From NCBI GenBank assembly GCA_001871075.1, contig MNUP01000075.1:1-39162 (forward strand): DNA of 39,162 nucleotides, given 5' to 3'. This DNA is from Candidatus Desantisbacteria bacterium CG1_02_49_89. Lineage in GTDB: Bacteria; Desantisbacteria; UBA1551. Below the pieces are notes generated by a model. It saw only the letters and a program-made list of their open reading frames with translations. It searched no databases and had not been told where the DNA came from. Positions 36,025 to 39,162 of this stretch are shown here, one piece after another (positions within the stretch are counted from its first letter, which is position 1; each line of letters starts with the position of its first letter). The position numbers and the translations under genes were made by a program.

Positions 36025-37140
36025 ATGAAGGTGAATAGCGGTAATTTGAGATCACTCAATACCAGGTTCAAGGGTTACCTTGAAGGCAAAAAGATCGATG
36101 AGTTCATGGAAACATTCAAGATAAATTTTGCCGCCGGTCACTGGTGCGCCGGGGGATTCACTGACAGGTTCGCTTCCGGCGGGTATAATCCCGGGCTGGA
36201 TGACTCTATAACGGCGCAGATCGAAAGGGTCGCAGAAGCCGGGGTCAAGGGCATAGAATTCCACGAACAGGTTTTTATAGATGAAAATTACCGTAAGGAT
36301 CCTTCCAAGATATCAGAAGTGAAAGACGCGCTTAAAAAGTTCAAGCTGGTCCCTACGAATATGAACACCAACCTTTTCACCGACCCTAAATGGAAGCTGG
36401 GAGGGGTTACTAACGTGAACAAAGCGATCCGCGAAGATGCTATGGCAGTGGCGCTGCAGGGCGTTGAGATCGCCAGAGAGGTTGGGTGTTCCAGCGTGGC
36501 GCTGTGGCCGGGTTCTGACGGATGGGACTACAATTTTGAGGTAAACTACGGCGGAATCCTTGAAAGGTTCATAAAGGCCTGCGTTAAGATAAACAGGAAA
36601 GCCAAGAGCCTGGGGCTTAGGTTCGGTATTGAGGCAAAGCTCCATGAGCCGCGCGAAGGGAATATGGTCATTCCCACTACACACCTTGCCGCAATGGTAG
36701 CAAGGGAAGTAAACGAGGTATGCGGGGGCAGGAACATGGGTGTTGCCGTTGATTACGGTCACGAACAGATGTATGCGGTTGACCCGGGATTCACTCTTTA
36801 CGCGGTCCAAAGGCTTGGGGTGCAGGTAGTGAACTTCCACCTGAACAACGCAAAGGTGCATTCAAACGACGAGGACCGCGTTGCGGGAACAGGGGATAAC
36901 TGGAGGCTCGCGGATTTCTGTTACGCCGCGATCGATACGGGTTACAGCGGGTGGTTCGGTGAGGACCAGTTCACTTACCGCCTGGAGCCGATAAAGGCGA
37001 TGTCACTTTCAAGGGAATTATTCGCCAATGTTATGAAAAAAGCGCTTATGATATACGCCCGGAAGGATGAGCTTGAAAAGGCGCGCGCGACAGGGGACGC
37101 GGGCAGAGTGATCGACGTTGTCAAGAAAATCCTAGTATAA
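36025..37140 (+). CDS. Xylose/L-rhamnose isomerase-like TIM-barrel sugar isomerase
   Basis: IEFHE, TNLF, WPGSDG, IEAKLHEPR, DYGHE, FHLN, DED, EDQ. Confidence 0.85.
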   Translation: MKVNSGNLRSLNTRFKGYLEGKKIDEFMETFKINFAAGHWCAGGFTDRFASGGYNPGLDDSITAQIERVAEAGVKGIEFHEQVFIDENYRKDPSKISEVKDALKKFKLVPTNMNTNLFTDPKWKLGGVTNVNKAIREDAMAVALQGVEIAREVGCSSVALWPGSDGWDYNFEVNYGGILERFIKACVKINRKAKSLGLRFGIEAKLHEPREGNMVIPTTHLAAMVAREVNEVCGGRNMGVAVDYGHEQMYAVDPGFTLYAVQRLGVQVVNFHLNNAKVHSNDEDRVAGTGDNWRLADFCYAAIDTGYSGWFGEDQFTYRLEPIKAMSLSRELFANVMKKALMIYARKDELEKARATGDAGRVIDVVKKILV

Positions 37141-37144
37141 ACTG

Positions 37145-37260
37145 CGTGTCAACGTATCAGCGTATCAACGTGTCAGAGCAACAGCAAGGAGTTTTATTGT
37201 AACTCAGGGCTTTAGCCCTGATAGATAATCACCGTAATCTCATTTATAATCACTGTAATC
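37145..37260. repeat. Composite repeat: octamer x4, REP-like palindrome, TAATCACYGTAATC pair
   Basis: CGTGTCAA CGTATCAG CGTATCAA CGTGTCAG; GTAACTCAGGGCTTTAGCCCTGA at 37199; pair at 37225/37246. Confidence 0.85.
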
Positions 37261-37265
37261 CAAAA

Positions 37266-39162
37266 ATGAAGACACAGGTAGATTTTAAATACGCATTCGC
37301 AGAACCGCACAGGTTATGCATCTGCCTTCCGGATGCAAGCAGGAAATGCCTTCTGGATGCCTCAAAAACAGGGCTGACAGTGGCCTGGACTGACGCGGAC
37401 CTGACAGGTAATCCCCTGGGCGCGCTTGCGCCCCTTATGGCTTGCTGGTGGCTGGATCTCAGCGCTGACGCTGACGGTTCCGCGCTTCCGGGAAAGGCGT
37501 GGAAACGGGTGGAGAACCGCATTCCGGCCCTGGAATACACCTGGGAAAACGAAAGCGCTTTCGTTGGCATAAAAGCGGTCGCGGTAAAAGACGCGGATGT
37601 TTTTTCTATCAGCGCTAAAAATAAAACTTCTTCATCTTCCAGGATCAGGGTTCTGGGCATCATGCGTAACCATGTTTCGAACCAGATATGGATCGACCCC
37701 GGCTCCAATATAAACGCGTTGCTGCCGACAATAGGCGATACCTCAGACAGGATGCTTTTTCTGGTTGCGGGTGCTCCCAAGCCTTCAAAACTGCCGAAAC
37801 GCGAAAGCATAGTTATCGAATGGGATATCCGGCCCGGCGGGAAAAGGAAAGCGTATCTTGTAAGGCCGCATTTTGCCATTCTGGATGACGCAAAAAAGTG
37901 GCTGTCCAGGAACTGGGAAAACGAAATTGAAAAAGGTCTGGATGCGTGGAAAGACCTGCTCAAAAAAGCACCGGAATTCTCTTTGCCGGACCCTGTTGTA
38001 GCGGACGCGTATTACGCCGGTCTTTCAGATGTGTTCGTTATGCGCGAGGAACAGTCCAACGGCAGGATCGCGCATAGCCCCGGGACAGAATGCTACCGTT
38101 CTCTGGGTTCCGGAGAAGGTTCCCTTGCCGCGGTCGTGCTTGACCAGGCCGGTTACGCGAAAGAATCCGAAGAGGGTATGCGCACGTCACTCGGTTTCCA
38201 GGAGAAGAACGGCAGGTGGGATGACCTGCGCAGGTGGGGCCATGACATGTGGGGGCTGGTTGGTTTCAAGTGCCTCGCGGTTTACCAGCATTACCTGTTT
38301 ACGCGCGACAGAAAATATCTTGCCCGTTGTTTCAGAAGGATGCTTGCGCACGCACGCTGGTCGCATAAAGAGCGGCAGAAGACCAAGATCCCTTATAAAG
38401 GAGAAAAGCCGCTTACGTGGGGGCTTATGCCGCGCGGGATGGGCGACTGCGGGCTGATGGATGGGAATGATCTTTACGGGATCTTCCTTCCCCATAATAT
38501 CTGGCATTGTTACGTTTTAAAAATAGCGCTTTGGTCAGCAAAAGAACTTGGTTTGAAAAAAGAAGCCGCGGAAGCTGAAAAATATTGCTCGGATGCTTTG
38601 CAATGTATCCTTGATTCATTGGAGCGTGGAAGCATAAAAGAAGCCAACGGGACAAGGTGGATCCCCGGTGTGCCGGGTAAAACGTGCGGAAGCAGGTGGG
38701 GAGCTGCAAATGCCATTTATCCCTGCGGGATACTGGAACCGCATCATCCTCTTGCTGACGGAACCCTGAAATACCTGGAAAAAGACCTTAGCCGAGGCGG
38801 GCTCCCGATAAACCTGGGATGGATGCCGGGCGGTTTGTGGGTATCAATAGCCACGGACAACCTTTCCTACGCGCACCTTGCAAGAGAGGAAGAGGACAAA
38901 GCGGAACAGTATCTTTACCCAACGCTCAACCACGGGACCCCGCTTTTCTCTTGGTGCGAAGAAAGAATGCCTGAGCCTGGCGCTTCGCAGGTTTCAGGGG
39001 ACAGGCAGCACGCCTGGACGCCCCTGACTGTTTCAAGGTTTATACGTGATGCTCTTATAATGGAAGACAAGGATATCTTGCATATCTGCCGGGCAACACC
39101 GAGATGGTGGCTTGAGCCAGGGCAGGAGATCAGGGTCAATAACGCGCCTACCCACTTTGGCA
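37266..39162 (+). CDS. Large protein with probable six-hairpin (alpha/alpha)6 glycosidase-like domain; runs off the window end and is absent from the ORF track
   Basis: Open frame from ATG 37266 (MKTQVDFKYAFAEPHR...) to the window end (...NAPTHFG); contains LPDP, YQHYLFTRDRKYL, GLMPRGMGDCG, WCEER, GDRQHAW. Confidence 0.8.
   Translation, partial: MKTQVDFKYAFAEPHRLCICLPDASRKCLLDASKTGLTVAWTDADLTGNPLGALAPLMACWWLDLSADADGSALPGKAWKRVENRIPALEYTWENESAFVGIKAVAVKDADVFSISAKNKTSSSSRIRVLGIMRNHVSNQIWIDPGSNINALLPTIGDTSDRMLFLVAGAPKPSKLPKRESIVIEWDIRPGGKRKAYLVRPHFAILDDAKKWLSRNWENEIEKGLDAWKDLLKKAPEFSLPDPVVADAYYAGLSDVFVMREEQSNGRIAHSPGTECYRSLGSGEGSLAAVVLDQAGYAKESEEGMRTSLGFQEKNGRWDDLRRWGHDMWGLVGFKCLAVYQHYLFTRDRKYLARCFRRMLAHARWSHKERQKTKIPYKGEKPLTWGLMPRGMGDCGLMDGNDLYGIFLPHNIWHCYVLKIALWSAKELGLKKEAAEAEKYCSDALQCILDSLERGSIKEANGTRWIPGVPGKTCGSRWGAANAIYPCGILEPHHPLADGTLKYLEKDLSRGGLPINLGWMPGGLWVSIATDNLSYAHLAREEEDKAEQYLYPTLNHGTPLFSWCEERMPEPGASQVSGDRQHAWTPLTVSRFIRDALIMEDKDILHICRATPRWWLEPGQEIRVNNAPTHFG

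Overview
Bacterial chromosomal window, almost all on the + strand; the phylum cannot be assigned from the sequence alone. It opens with the 3' end of an rRNA operon (23S, 5S). Housekeeping genes follow: yebC-ruvCAB-queH-spoIID-queA, secG, a peptide-binding lipoprotein, hflX, leuS, plsY plus two glycosyltransferases, comEA-leuCD-pilD-aroC, aroK-aroD-aminopeptidase P-efp-accBC-asp23-amaP, pbp1A (minus strand), tyrS and yicC-gmk-rpoZ. It ends with a sugar isomerase and a truncated six-hairpin glycosidase-like ORF. An AT-rich island between aroC and aroK carries a ThaI-like restriction-modification pair, a PIN-toxin remnant and an orphan putative antitoxin. The most unusual signal is a dense set of tiny repeats: 7-, 8-, 9- and 10-mer tandem arrays, inverted brackets, REP-like palindromes and 22-27 nt hairpins nested inside one another. 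They fill many gene junctions, are sometimes phased to stop or start codons, and sit in-frame inside leuS (three sites), leuC and leuD. Other oddities are a probable ATT start for hflX, an unannotated 36-aa basic ORF, and 23S deviations (A2665G in the sarcin-ricin loop, a flipped H93 pair, an enlarged H98). All protein calls come from motif recognition, not database searches.
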